Made by a program: the position numbers and the translations under genes
From: Lysobacterales bacterium
GTDB taxonomy: Bacteria; Pseudomonadota; Gammaproteobacteria; Xanthomonadales; Xanthomonadaceae
Direction: 5' to 3'
DNA: 64,000 nucleotides
NCBI GenBank assembly: GCA_014946745.1
Contig: JADCRD010000001.1
Location: 1,360,427 to 1,424,426, forward strand
Notes under the pieces: model-generated
The model's input: only the letters and a program-made list of their open reading frames with translations
Databases searched by the model: none
Told to the model about the DNA's origin: nothing
Part shown: positions 9,715-20,700 of the stretch, one piece after another
Layout: the number at the start of each line of letters is the position of its first letter
How positions within the stretch are numbered: the first letter of the stretch is position 1

Positions 9715-10584
9715 ATGACCGCACGCCTGCTGGATGGCAAGCGTATTGCCGATGAACTGCTTGCCGACCTTGCCCGTCGCGTGCGTGATCGTGTCGCTCT
9801 TGGCCGCAAGCCACCTGGACTGGCCGTCGTGCTCGTGGGGGCAGATCCGGCGTCCTCTGTTTATGTGCGCAACAAGCGCCGCGCCTGCGAGCGCGTGGGC
9901 TATGCAAGCTTCGACTTCGACCTTCCGGCCGAGACGCCGCAGGCCGAGCTCGCGGGCCTGATCGATCGCCTGAACGGCGATCCCGCAGTGGACGGCATCC
10001 TGGTCCAGCTGCCGCTGCCCGCCCACATCGACGCGCAGGCGGTGCTCAATCGCATCGATCCGCGCAAGGATGTCGACGGTTTCCATCCCGAGAACGTCGG
10101 CCGCCTGGCCCTGCGCCAGCTTGGCCTGCGCCCCTGCACCCCGAAGGGCATCGTCCATCTGCTGAGCCACACCGATCGCCCCGTGCGCGGGCAGCAGGCG
10201 GTGATCGTCGGCGTGTCCAACCACGTCGGTCGGCCGATGGCGCTGGAGCTCTTGATCGCCGGCTGCACCACGGTCTGCTGCCACCGCTTCACCCCGCGCG
10301 AAACCCTGCGCCAGCACGTCGAGTCCGCCGATCTGGTGGTGGTCGCCGTGGGCAAGCCGGGGCTGGTGCCCGGCGAATGGATCAAGCGGGGCGCGGTGGT
10401 GATCGATGTCGGCATCAACCGCTTGCCCGATGGCTCGCTGACCGGCGACGTCGGCTTTGAAGCGGCCGTCGAACGCGCAAGCTGGATCACCCCGGTGCCC
10501 GGTGGCGTTGGCCCCATGACCGTAGCCACCCTGATGCAGAACACCTGGGAAGCCAGCCTGCTGCGCGAGATGGAGAGCGTCTGA
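9715..10584 (+). CDS. folD: bifunctional methylenetetrahydrofolate dehydrogenase / methenyl-THF cyclohydrolase
   Basis: [23 protein letters not shown]...[13 protein letters not shown]...[14 protein letters not shown]. Canonical FolD. Start at ATG 9715. Confidence 0.95.
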   Translation: MTARLLDGKRIADELLADLARRVRDRVALGRKPPGLAVVLVGADPASSVYVRNKRRACERVGYASFDFDLPAETPQAELAGLIDRLNGDPAVDGILVQLPLPAHIDAQAVLNRIDPRKDVDGFHPENVGRLALRQLGLRPCTPKGIVHLLSHTDRPVRGQQAVIVGVSNHVGRPMALELLIAGCTTVCCHRFTPRETLRQHVESADLVVVAVGKPGLVPGEWIKRGAVVIDVGINRLPDGSLTGDVGFEAAVERASWITPVPGGVGPMTVATLMQNTWEASLLREMESV

Positions 10585-10653
10585 TGGGCGCTTTGCATGT
10601 CATGTTCGCGTCGTCTGCACCGTAGACACTGGTGACTGGCAGGGAGCCTCGCC

Positions 10654-11529
10654 GTGATCCGTATCGCTTCTTCGTTTCTACTCAAATCCGTGGCGCTAGG
10701 GATCAGCGTGTGCCTGCTTGCCGGCTGCGCCTCGGTGGTGAATCGCGCCAGCGAACGCTTTGCCGACAATCTTGGTCGCGGCATCCTCAACCAGGACGAT
10801 CCCGCGACGGTGGCCGAGGGCCTGCCGGCGTACCTGCTGCTGCTGGATGGCTTGCTCGAAGGCGATCCCGAGAACGCCGGCACTCTGCGCGCGGCTGCGC
10901 GTCTGTATGGGGCCTATGCCGGCAACTTCGTCAGCGAGCCCGCACGCGCCGCACGTCTGTCGAAACGCGCGTTCGACTACGCCCAGCGCGCGACCTGCAT
11001 CGACCAGGCGAGCCTCTGCGCCGCCATCGCGGCGCCCTTCGATGTCTGGGAGTCCGCGGTCGGCGCGGCCTCCGGTGAGGAGGCCGCCGCGCAGCTGTAC
11101 GCACTCGGCAGCGCCTGGGCCGGCTACATCCAGACCCACAGCGACGACTACGCGGCGATCGCCGCGATCCCGCGCGTCAGCTTGTTGCTGGAGCGCGCGG
11201 TTGCGCTTGAGCCTGCCCTCGATCAAGGCATGCCGCACGTCTATCTCGGCGTGCTGAATTCGCTGCGGCCGGCGGCGGTTGGGGGGCGACCGGAGCAGGG
11301 CAGGGCGGCTTTCGAGCGCGCGATCGAGCTCTCGCAGGGCCGCAATCTGATGGCGCGCACCCTGCTCGCGCGGCACTACGCGCGGCTGGTGTTCGATCAG
11401 GAGCTGCACGACGAACAGCTGCAGCGCGTGCTCGACAGCGATCCGCGCGCGCCGGGTCTGACCCTGATGAACACCCTGGCGCAGGCGCAGGCACGCGCTC
11501 TGCTGGACGACTCGAAGAACTATTTCTGA
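10654..11529 (+). CDS. TRAP transporter TatT-component-family lipoprotein (TPR-like)
   Basis: Lipobox LLAGCAS and TPR-like helical protein immediately upstream of dctPQM-type genes (TPAT arrangement). GTG start preceded by an AGGGAG SD. Confidence 0.65.
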   Translation: MIRIASSFLLKSVALGISVCLLAGCASVVNRASERFADNLGRGILNQDDPATVAEGLPAYLLLLDGLLEGDPENAGTLRAAARLYGAYAGNFVSEPARAARLSKRAFDYAQRATCIDQASLCAAIAAPFDVWESAVGAASGEEAAAQLYALGSAWAGYIQTHSDDYAAIAAIPRVSLLLERAVALEPALDQGMPHVYLGVLNSLRPAAVGGRPEQGRAAFERAIELSQGRNLMARTLLARHYARLVFDQELHDEQLQRVLDSDPRAPGLTLMNTLAQAQARALLDDSKNYF

Positions 11530-11542
11530 TCTGGAGCCCTTC

Positions 11543-12523
11543 ATGCGCTTTCTGTTGATTGTGCTGTTCGCTCTGTGCGCGCCGCTGGCGCAGGCGCAGA
11601 GCTTCAAAATCGCCACGCTGGCCCCCGAAGGCTCCAGCTGGCTGCGCGAGATGCGCGCCGCCGCCGAAGAAGTCAAGCAGCGCACCGAGGGGCGCGTCGA
11701 GTTCCGCTACTACCCCGGCGGGGTCATGGGCGATGACGCCACGGTGATGCGCAAGATCCGCCTGGGGCAGCTGCAGGGCGGCGCCCTCACCGGCAGCGAG
11801 TTGTCCCTCATCTACCCGGACGCCGTGGTCTATGGCCTGCCTTTCCTGTTCGAGAACCACGGGCAGGTCGCCGCCGTGCGTCGTGAGGTCGACCCGCTGC
11901 TGAAAGACGGCGTCCGCGAAAAGGGCTTCGAGGTGCTGAGCATCTCGGGCGTCGGCTTCGCCTACATGATGAGCAGCAAGCCGCTGCAGAGCATCGAGCA
12001 CCTGCGCGCGGGCAAGGTCTGGATTCCGAGCAATGACCTCATCAGCGAGCGCACCTTCAGCGCTGGCGGCGTCAGCCCGATCCCTCTGCCGCTGGCGGAC
12101 GTGTTCACGAGCCTGCAGACCGGCATGATCGACATCGTCGGCAACACCCCGGCGGGCGCCATCGCCCTGCAGTGGCACACGCGGGTGAAGCATGTGTTCG
12201 ATGCGCCCTTGGCCTATGTGGTCGGTTTTGTGGTGCTCGACAATCGCGCCTTCGCTCGCATCGACGAGGCGGATCGCGCGATTGTGCTCGACGCCTTCGG
12301 CAAGGCCTCGGAGCGGATCGACGCCGAGAACCAGCGCGCGGATGAGAGCGCGATCGCGGCCCTGCGCGGCGAAGGCATCGAGTTCTTCACCCCGGACGCC
12401 ACCGAACTGGCGCGCTGGCGCGAAGTGGGCCTGTCGGTGCGGACCGGCATGGTGGAGCGCGATGAACTGAGTGCTTCGATGGTGGACGCCGTGGTCCGAC
12501 GCGCCGGTGCGTCCTCGCCGTGA
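11543..12523 (+). CDS. dctP: TRAP transporter solute-binding protein, DctP family
   Basis: Signal peptide MRFLLIVLFALCAPLAQA. SFKIATLAPEGSSWLREM resembles the DctP-family N-terminal motif. Confidence 0.85.
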   Translation: MRFLLIVLFALCAPLAQAQSFKIATLAPEGSSWLREMRAAAEEVKQRTEGRVEFRYYPGGVMGDDATVMRKIRLGQLQGGALTGSELSLIYPDAVVYGLPFLFENHGQVAAVRREVDPLLKDGVREKGFEVLSISGVGFAYMMSSKPLQSIEHLRAGKVWIPSNDLISERTFSAGGVSPIPLPLADVFTSLQTGMIDIVGNTPAGAIALQWHTRVKHVFDAPLAYVVGFVVLDNRAFARIDEADRAIVLDAFGKASERIDAENQRADESAIAALRGEGIEFFTPDATELARWREVGLSVRTGMVERDELSASMVDAVVRRAGASSP

Positions 12524-12533
12524 GCCGCAGCGC

Positions 12534-13028
12534 GTGAGTCGACTGCTGCGCGCGCTGCACCGTCTTGAAGACGGCGTGCTCGCCGGGCTGCTGCTTCTGC
12601 TGCTCGGGCTCGCGGTCGCTCAGATCGGGCTGCGTTGGTTTGCCGATACCGGTTGGACCTCGGGCGAGACCGCGCAGCGCACGCTCGTCCTGTGGATCGC
12701 CCTGCTGGGCGCTCTCGGAGCCGCGCGCGAGCGCCGGCACCTCGCGCTCGACCTGCTGCCGCGCCTGCTGCCGCCATTCGGCCAGCGCGTGCTGTGGGTG
12801 CTGGCGCAGCTGGTAGGCGCCGCGCTCTGTGGGCTGATGGCCTGGTACGGCTGGAGCCTGATCGAGCTCGAACGCGAGGCGCCGACGCCCCTGTTCGCTG
12901 GCCTGCCGAGCTGGGCCGGCATGCTGATCATTCCCTTCGGTTTCGCGGTGCTTGCGCTGCGGTTCGTTCTCGCCAGCGCGCTCGGTCCGCCGAGCGAGGC
13001 GCCGATTGGCGAGGGAAGCTCGACGTGA
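12534..13028 (+). CDS. dctQ: TRAP transporter small permease, DctQ family
   Basis: 4-TM small membrane protein between dctP and dctM. GTG start at 12534 chosen just after the dctP stop. Confidence 0.7.
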   Translation: MSRLLRALHRLEDGVLAGLLLLLLGLAVAQIGLRWFADTGWTSGETAQRTLVLWIALLGALGAARERRHLALDLLPRLLPPFGQRVLWVLAQLVGAALCGLMAWYGWSLIELEREAPTPLFAGLPSWAGMLIIPFGFAVLALRFVLASALGPPSEAPIGEGSST

Positions 13029-14299
13029 GTGGGCTCTGGCTGCTGCTGATCCTTGCGGCCTTGCTGGGCGCGCCGCTGTTCGTGCTGATTCTCGGCGCTG
13101 CGTTCATCGGATTCCATCAGGCCGGCTACGACCTCACGGTCGTAGCGGTCGAGTTCCATCGCCTGGCCGGCATGCCGGGGCTCACCGCGATTCCGCTGTT
13201 CACCGTCGCCGGCTACCTGCTGGCGGAGAGCCGCGCACCGCAGCGCCTGTTGAAGCTGTCCGATGCGCTGCTCGGCTGGCTGCCCGGCGGCATCGCCATC
13301 GTCGGGCTGGTGGCGTGTGCGCTGTTCACCGCGTTCACCGGCGCCTCGGGCGTGACCATCGTGGCGATGGGTGCCCTGCTGTATCCGGCGCTCAAGGCGG
13401 CCGGCTTCGACGAGCGATTCAATCTCGGCCTGGTCACCAGTGCCGGCAGCCTCGGACTGCTGTTTGCGCCTTCACTGCCGCTCATCCTCTACGGCTTCGT
13501 CGCCGGCCAGCTCGGCACGACGCCGTCGGTGACCATCGAAGATCTGTTCATCGCCGGCATCCTGCCCGGGCTGCTGATGATTGCCCTGTTGGGCGCCTAT
13601 GCCGCCTTTCATGGCCGCGCGCTGCAGGCGCGCTCGCAGCCCTTCGCCTGGTCGCGCGTGCTCGAAGCAACGCGCGAAGCGGCCTGGGAGATTCCGCTGC
13701 CGCTGCTGGTGCTGGGGGCCATCTACTCGGGTGCACTGGCCGCCTCCGAGGCGGCTGCAATCACCGCGCTCTACGTGCTCGTCGTGACCGTGCTGGTGAG
13801 ACGTGAGATCGCGTTCCATCGGCTGCCGGGCCTGCTGGCCGAGTCGATGCGCATGGTCGGCGCCATCCTCATCATTCTGGGCGCCGCGCTGGCGCTGTCG
13901 AACTGGCTGGTCGATGCCGAGGTGCCGACACGGCTGTTCGAGTGGATCCAGGGCGCCATCAGCAGCCCGCTCACCTTCCTGCTGGCCCTGAATCTGTTCC
14001 TGCTGGCGGTCGGCATGCTGCTCGACGTGTTCGCCGCGATCGTGATCCTGGTGCCCCTGCTGGTGCCGATCGCGATCGGCTATGGCATCCACCCGGTGCA
14101 TCTGGGCGTGCTGATGCTGGCCAACCTGCAGCTCGGTTACTTCACCCCGCCGGTGGGCATGAACCTGTTCATCGCCAGCTACCGGTTCAAGGTGCCGATC
14201 GGCCGCCTGGTGCGCGCCTGCGTGCCCTTCTTCCTGATCCTGCTGGTGGCACTGGTGCTCATCACCTACGTGCCGTGGCTGTCGCTGGCTTTGCTTTGA
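13025..14299 (+). CDS. dctM: TRAP transporter large permease, DctM family
   Basis: ~424-aa polytopic membrane protein (VSGLWLLLILAALLGAPLFVLILGAAFIGF...). GTGA overlap with the dctQ stop. The ORF-track start 12635 is rejected as an upstream extension. Confidence 0.85.
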   Translation: MSGLWLLLILAALLGAPLFVLILGAAFIGFHQAGYDLTVVAVEFHRLAGMPGLTAIPLFTVAGYLLAESRAPQRLLKLSDALLGWLPGGIAIVGLVACALFTAFTGASGVTIVAMGALLYPALKAAGFDERFNLGLVTSAGSLGLLFAPSLPLILYGFVAGQLGTTPSVTIEDLFIAGILPGLLMIALLGAYAAFHGRALQARSQPFAWSRVLEATREAAWEIPLPLLVLGAIYSGALAASEAAAITALYVLVVTVLVRREIAFHRLPGLLAESMRMVGAILIILGAALALSNWLVDAEVPTRLFEWIQGAISSPLTFLLALNLFLLAVGMLLDVFAAIVILVPLLVPIAIGYGIHPVHLGVLMLANLQLGYFTPPVGMNLFIASYRFKVPIGRLVRACVPFFLILLVALVLITYVPWLSLALL

Positions 14300-14303
14300 G
14301 AGC

Positions 14304-14333
14304 CGGGATTGGGAATTCGGGATTCGGGATTCG
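14304..14333. repeat. heptamer microsatellite, ~4 units (GGGATTG GGAATTC GGGATTC GGGATTC)
   Basis: Direct tandem repeat in the dctM-guaB intergenic region. Confidence 0.9.
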
Positions 14334-14404
14334 CAGCCAGCGGAATCGAGCGTGAGGGGGGGGCGCATGCTCCGCCGGCCTCGGAGGACGCAAACCCGCG
14401 CTAA

Positions 14405-15916
<1,512 letters not shown>

Positions 15917-15926
15917 CGCTTGCGCG

Positions 15927-15957
15927 GCGGGATTGGGGATTGGGGATTGGGGATTGC
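15927..15957. repeat. heptamer microsatellite (GGGATTG)x4, G-rich on the + strand
   Basis: GCGGGATTGGGGATTGGGGATTGGGGATTGCG lies 11 nt after the guaB stop. Four G3-4 tracts with 3-4 nt loops give a G-quadruplex-type motif. Confidence 0.9.
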
Positions 15958-16065
15958 GTCTGCTGCGGTCGCTCAGACGATCGGTACCGCGTCACCGCTC
16001 TGGTTTGCACTCTCGCTACGCCCCTTGGGCTGTTCTTGGGCCTGATGTTTCGTGGGCCCGCTCTT

Positions 16066-16093
16066 CAATCCCCAATCCCGAATCCCCAATCCC
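16066..16093. repeat. heptamer microsatellite (CAATCCC)x4, inverted relative to the 15927 array
   Basis: CAATCCCCAATCCCGAATCCCCAATCCC ends directly at the guaA ATG (16094). Confidence 0.9.
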
Positions 16094-17680
16094 ATGCTCC
16101 AAGACATCCACAGCGACAAGATCCTGATCCTCGACTTCGGCGCGCAGTACACGCAGCTGATCGCCCGTCGCATCCGCGAGATCGGGGTGTACTGCGAGAT
16201 CTGGGCCTGGGATCACGATCCCGCCGAGATCGCCGCCTGGGGCGCGAAGGGCATCATCCTCTCGGGTGGGCCGGAGTCCACTGTCGAAGCGGGCTCACCG
16301 CGCGCGCCGCAGGAAGTGTTCGATGCTGGCGTGCCAATCCTCGGCATCTGCTACGGCATGCAGACCATGGCCGTGCAGTTGGGCGGCCGAGTGGAGTCGG
16401 GGCATGAGCGCGAGTTCGGCTATGCCGAGGTCGAAGTCAGCGCGCCCTGCGGCCTGCTGGATGGCCTGAAGGACCACGCCGGCTCGCCGCCGCGGCTTGA
16501 CGTGTGGATGAGCCACGGCGACCGCGTGACCGCGGTGCCGCCGGACTTCCACATCACCGCGCGCACCGAGAGCGTTGCCATCGTCGCCATGGCCGACGAG
16601 CAGCGCCGGTGGTATGGCGTGCAGTTCCACCCGGAGGTGACCCACACCAAGTCCGGCACCGACATGCTGCGGCGCTTTGTCGTCGACCTCTGCGGCTGCG
16701 CAACCCTGTGGACCGCCGCCAACATCATCGAGGACCAGATCGAGCGCGTGCGCGCCCAGGTGGGCGAGGGCGATGTTCTGCTGGGCCTGTCGGGCGGCGT
16801 CGATTCCAGCGTGGTCGCGGCCCTGCTGCACCGCGCTCTGGGCGAGCGCTTGACCTGCGTGTTCGTCGACACCGGCCTGCTGCGTTGGCAGGAAGGCGAT
16901 CAGGTCATGCAGATGTTCGCCGCCAACGCCGAGGCTGGCGGCATGGGCGTCAAGGTGATCCGCGTCAATGCGGCCGAGCGCTACTACGCCGCACTGTCGG
17001 GCGTCGAAGACCCCGAAGCCAAGCGCAAGATCATTGGTCGGCTGTTCGTCGAAATCTTCGACGAAGAGGCCGCCAAGCTCAGCAATATCCAGTGGCTGGC
17101 GCAGGGCACGATCTACCCCGACGTGATCGAATCGGCCGGCAGCAAGACCGGCAAGGCCCACGTCATCAAGAGCCACCATAACGTCGGTGGCCTTCCCGAT
17201 CACATGAAGCTCGGCCTGGTCGAGCCGCTGCGCGAGCTGTTCAAGGACGAAGTGCGTCGCCTCGGCGTGGCACTCGGCCTGCCGCGCCACATGGTCTACC
17301 GCCATCCCTTCCCGGGCCCGGGCCTGGGCGTGCGCATCCTCGGCGAGGTCAAGCCCGAATACGCCGAGCTGCTGGCCAAGGCCGACCACATCTTCATCGA
17401 AGAGCTGCGCCGCGCCGACCTTTACGACCGCGTCAGCCAGGCCTTTGCCGTGTTCCTGCCGGTGAAGTCGGTCGGCGTGGTCGGCGACGCCCGCGCCTAC
17501 GAATGGGTGATCGCGCTGCGCGCGGTCGAAACCATCGACTTCATGACCGCGCACTGGGCGCACCTGCCCTACGACTTCCTCGACCGCGTCGCGCGGCGCA
17601 TCGTTAACGAGCTGCGCGGCGTGAGCCGCGTGGTCTACGACATCAGCGGCAAGCCGCCGGCGACGATTGAGTGGGAGTGA
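16094..17680 (+). CDS. guaA: GMP synthase (glutamine-hydrolysing)
   Basis: [40 protein letters not shown] aligns with the E. coli GuaA N-terminus. C-terminal KPPATIEWE. The alternative GTG at 16052 would translate the repeat array and is rejected. Confidence 0.95.
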   Translation: MLQDIHSDKILILDFGAQYTQLIARRIREIGVYCEIWAWDHDPAEIAAWGAKGIILSGGPESTVEAGSPRAPQEVFDAGVPILGICYGMQTMAVQLGGRVESGHEREFGYAEVEVSAPCGLLDGLKDHAGSPPRLDVWMSHGDRVTAVPPDFHITARTESVAIVAMADEQRRWYGVQFHPEVTHTKSGTDMLRRFVVDLCGCATLWTAANIIEDQIERVRAQVGEGDVLLGLSGGVDSSVVAALLHRALGERLTCVFVDTGLLRWQEGDQVMQMFAANAEAGGMGVKVIRVNAAERYYAALSGVEDPEAKRKIIGRLFVEIFDEEAAKLSNIQWLAQGTIYPDVIESAGSKTGKAHVIKSHHNVGGLPDHMKLGLVEPLRELFKDEVRRLGVALGLPRHMVYRHPFPGPGLGVRILGEVKPEYAELLAKADHIFIEELRRADLYDRVSQAFAVFLPVKSVGVVGDARAYEWVIALRAVETIDFMTAHWAHLPYDFLDRVARRIVNELRGVSRVVYDISGKPPATIEWE

Positions 17681-17853
17681 GTTCAGAAAGAGTGGATGCC
17701 CGCATGAGGCAACTGAAACTCTTTGCGCACCCTGGCCAAGTTCCTTGGTCTAGCCCCTCTCGCATCCTCGCGTCGTGTCTTGATGGGCATACTCAATTCG
17801 TGGCGCGTTTAGTCTGCCCGAACTCCCGTTCGACAAGGATCTGAAATGTCTTT

Positions 17854-18923
17854 CCTGATTAGCGCCGAACCTCAGTCTTCGCTCGCAGGATCTGAGACGC
17901 AACGACCCGAGGCTGAGCTACCAACCCACGTGGAGCACGGCCATGGCGATGAACATGATCCAGTTTCAGTCGGGGCTGTCGCTGCCTGAGTTCCTGGACC
18001 TCTACGGCACGGAGGCGAAGTGTCGACGGGCACTGTACCGCTGGCGTTGGCCCGCGGGATTTCGTTGCCCTGCCTGCGGAGGTCGCCACCGTTCGAGCTT
18101 TCGTCGCGGCGGCCAGAACCTTTACCAGTGCCGCGCCTGCCAGCACCAGGCCACGCTGATCAGCGGCACCCTGCTGGCCTCCACCAAGTTGCCCTTGACC
18201 ACCTGGCTGCTGGCGATCTACCTGCTCACCTCCACCAAGACCAACCTCGCAGCGCTGGAGCTCAAGCGTCATCTCGGCGTGTGCTACCGCACGGCCTGGC
18301 GCTTGAAGCACAAGATCATGCAGGCCATGGCCGAGCAGGAAAAATCGAGGCAGCTCAGTGGATTCGTGCAGATCGATGACGCTTACCTCGGCGGTGAGCG
18401 CAACGGCGGCAAGCCGGGACGAGGCTCCGAGAACAAGCAGCAGTTCTTGATCGCGGTGAGCACCGATGCAGCCCTTCAACACCCGACCTTCGCTGTCATC
18501 GAACCCGTGCCGGCCTTCGACAATGCCTCGCTGGCCGACTGGGTGCAGCGGCGCTTGGCGCCCGAGGCGGAGGCGTTTACCGATGGGCTGGGGTGCTTCC
18601 GGCGCATCGAGGTTGCGGGCCACGCGCACACCGTGCTGCAGACCGGCGGCGGCCGCGCGGCCACCGAAGTCGATGGCGCCCGCTGGGTCAACGTGCTGCT
18701 CTCGAACCTCAAGCGGGCGCTCGAGGGCGTCTATCACGCCATCCGTCAGTCGAAGTACGCTGGCCGCTACCTGGCCGAGGCCGCGTACCGCTTCAACCGC
18801 CGCTTCAAGCTGCGCAGGATGGCGGGCCAGCTCGGGGCCGACTTGATGAGCTGCAAGCCTTGTCCAGAGCGGCTTCTGCGTGCGGCGAGCAATTTCGCTC
18901 ACTGAGGTTCGGCGCTAATCAGG
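17854..18923 (+). mobile_element. IS1595-family insertion sequence, intact (1070 bp)
   Basis: Perfect 23-bp terminal inverted repeats CCTGATTAGCGCCGAACCTCAGT (17854-17876) and its reverse complement (18901-18923). A single transposase ORF lies between them. No flanking target-site duplication (ATGTCTTT vs TGGAGCCA). Confidence 0.85.
17943..18905 (+). CDS. IS1595-family transposase (N-terminal zinc ribbon + DDE domain)
   Basis: 320 aa. FRCPACGGRHRS...YQCRACQHQATLISGTLLASTKLPLTTWLLAIYL zinc-ribbon/HTH region and a DDE core (QIDDAYLGGE...) typical of IS1595/ISPna2-group transposases. Confidence 0.85.
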   Translation: MAMNMIQFQSGLSLPEFLDLYGTEAKCRRALYRWRWPAGFRCPACGGRHRSSFRRGGQNLYQCRACQHQATLISGTLLASTKLPLTTWLLAIYLLTSTKTNLAALELKRHLGVCYRTAWRLKHKIMQAMAEQEKSRQLSGFVQIDDAYLGGERNGGKPGRGSENKQQFLIAVSTDAALQHPTFAVIEPVPAFDNASLADWVQRRLAPEAEAFTDGLGCFRRIEVAGHAHTVLQTGGGRAATEVDGARWVNVLLSNLKRALEGVYHAIRQSKYAGRYLAEAAYRFNRRFKLRRMAGQLGADLMSCKPCPERLLRAASNFAH

Positions 18924-19006
18924 TGGAGCCATCCGAAGTCGCCAAGCGGGCGGAAGTGGCTTTCGTTGGAACCGTGCTCAAGGTGGAAAGCGATCCTTAC
19001 CGGCCA

Positions 19007-19288
19007 ATGGACCTGTGTTGGGATGCCTTGCATGGCGATGACTGTGGTGGCAGGCGAGTCACCTTCGAACTAGGCGAAGCGCTCAGGGGGAACTTGGAGA
19101 CGCAGGTCGAAGTGGTTTCGGAAGATGCTTGCTACTGCCTGGGGAGCTACTGGGAGGTCGGCAGCGACTACTTGGTCATCGCCGCAGCCGATGAAGGCAA
19201 CGCGAATAGACTCATCGCTGAGGATGTCTGTGCGGGCACGGGCAAGCTCTACGAGCGTTCGGGCTATCTCAGAGAGCTGCGGAAGTAA
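19007..19288 (+). pseudogene. probable 3' fragment of a gene truncated by the IS insertion (hypothetical, Cys-rich C-terminus)
   Basis: The reading frame continues out of the IS right end without its own upstream region. ~57% GC. Ends ...CAGTGKLYERSGYLRELRK*. No recognisable family. Confidence 0.3.
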
Positions 19289-19638
19289 CCTCTGCATCCA
19301 CACGTGCCAGCTCAGCATACAAGTTGCGCCGGTGGGCGGATTCGAAGGCGAGGCAGCGCTGGAACTGGGGCGTGATCCTCGATCAACGGGATCGGCGCTT
19401 TCGAGACCGTCGCAAGATCTGCTCCCCTCCGGCGCGACATGCTGAGTCACGTTGCCGCGAATACGGTGCCGGCACCGTGCTATTCGCCGGATCACCTTGA
19501 CGAAATGAAGTTCCGGGCGCTGATCATTGTCGGCTCCAAGCCGATTGCGAATCTGCTTGACGAAGGCTGGCGGGGGATAGGCAGCGTTTCAGCGCCTCTT
19601 GACCGCCGTCATGGGCTCGCGCTGCACCCAAGCGCTGA

Positions 19639-19851
19639 CCTGATAAGTGTCGAACCTCAGTTGATGCTCGGAGCGCTTGGGCACCGAGAATCCTGCACCG
19701 CTTGGTCCTCATGACACCGAGCGGGCCGACGGACGCGCGTCCACTTCGAGCTTCGGAGTCCGACCGTGCGAATCTTGCTTGAAGGCTTGACGCTGCAGCG
19801 GCTTTCGGCATCCGGGGTGGCGTTAGGCACTGAGGTTCGACACTAATCAGG
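19639..19851. mobile_element. 213-bp MITE derived from the IS1595-family element, with 8-bp target-site duplication
   Basis: Terminal IRs CCTGATAAGTGTCGAACCTCAGT (19639-19661) and ACTGAGGTTCGACACTAATCAGG (19829-19851) match the full IS IRs. The interior retains a degenerate copy of the transposase 3' end. Flanked by a perfect direct repeat AGCGCTGA (19631-19638 and 19852-19859), the 8-bp TSD expected for IS1595. Confidence 0.7.
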
Positions 19852-20349
19852 AGCGCTGAAGGCCTTCGGCCCTTGGGGTGGCTGACGCGTAGTGCTGTTG
19901 GTGGTCCTCCGCCATTGCTCTATGGAAGGTCTGAACAACTCCGTCCGGGAGTCGTTCAGACGTCGCGAGTCCGGCGCGGGTCCGGACTCGTTCGGCCGCT
20001 GCGCGGCGACGCCTTCGCTGCGCTCGGTCACCCCAGATCAAGCGCTGACGAGCTCGATCCTCGTGACCGCCATTCGTGGCGCGCCATAGGGAAGCTCCGG
20101 TGAATCAGAGCTTCCCTATGGCGCGCAGTTCGAAACGGGCACTGCCATTCGTGTCGGGCATCGCCCTCTGGCTGCCAGAGCCGGCAGCTGGGCCGTCCGC
20201 CCGGTGGTGGCCCTTGCGTTCGACCTGCTACCTCAGCAGGCCGCCTGCCAGCCTTCGATTGCTGGCGGGCAGTTGGCCTTGCGAGGTTGTCGAGGTCGTG
20301 AGCGTCGAAATGGGTGAGGCGCAGGCAGTGTCTTCAGCGATTCGGCTGA

Positions 20350-20700
20350 TCAGGTCGGCGGGATGCCGTCGTTCTCGATCTGGGGATCCATGCTGCTGAA
20401 CTGATTGCCTTGGGAGTCGCTGAACACGATTTCGAAGCGGAAGACCGACTGCCCGGCATCGGCGTTGACGTCGGTCAGGATCAGGGACTGCTGGTCGGCT
20501 GGGATGGCCCAGGTCAGCTGGTCAGCGGTATCAAAGGGATTGCGCTGAACGTTGATGCCAACGAAGCGAAAGCCACGGCTGATCATCGTGTAGGTAATGG
20601 TTTCAGTCTTGCCATGCTTGACTGGCAACGGCTCTGAACTGAATGCGATGCCATAGTCGGGAAACGCACCGTTGATCGACACGCTGATGGATTGGCTCAT
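20350..20700 (-). CDS. hypothetical 116-aa protein (predicted beta-rich, no signal peptide), low-GC, start overlaps the kinase stop
   Basis: MSQSISVSINGAFPDYGIAFSS... ATG overlaps the TGA of the upstream Ser/Thr kinase gene (ATGA). ~57% GC versus ~70% for the kinase. Confidence 0.45.
   Translation of the reverse strand: MSQSISVSINGAFPDYGIAFSSEPLPVKHGKTETITYTMISRGFRFVGINVQRNPFDTADQLTWAIPADQQSLILTDVNADAGQSVFRFEIVFSDSQGNQFSSMDPQIENDGIPPT

Noticed and set aside
16052-16093. Alternative upstream GTG start for guaA that would translate the heptamer array as NPQSRIPNP
   Set aside because: The GuaA N-terminus aligns from the ATG at 16094 ([16 protein letters not shown] vs E. coli MTENIHKHRILILDFG). 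The GTG also lacks an SD, and an N-terminal repeat-encoded extension is unsupported.
17681-17853. Looked for a tRNA/tmRNA gene at the island boundary downstream of guaA and within 19289-20349
   Set aside because: No cloverleaf-compatible sequence, conserved T-loop (GTTCRANYC) or CCA-proximal acceptor pairing was found. The islet does not appear to be tRNA-targeted.
20076-20399. 107-aa plus-strand ORF and several 60-75-aa ORFs inside the low-GC islet (19873-20103, 19892-20089)
   Set aside because: No start-context support, and they overlap each other and the minus-strand 116-aa gene. Composition is consistent with decayed foreign DNA, so none is called.
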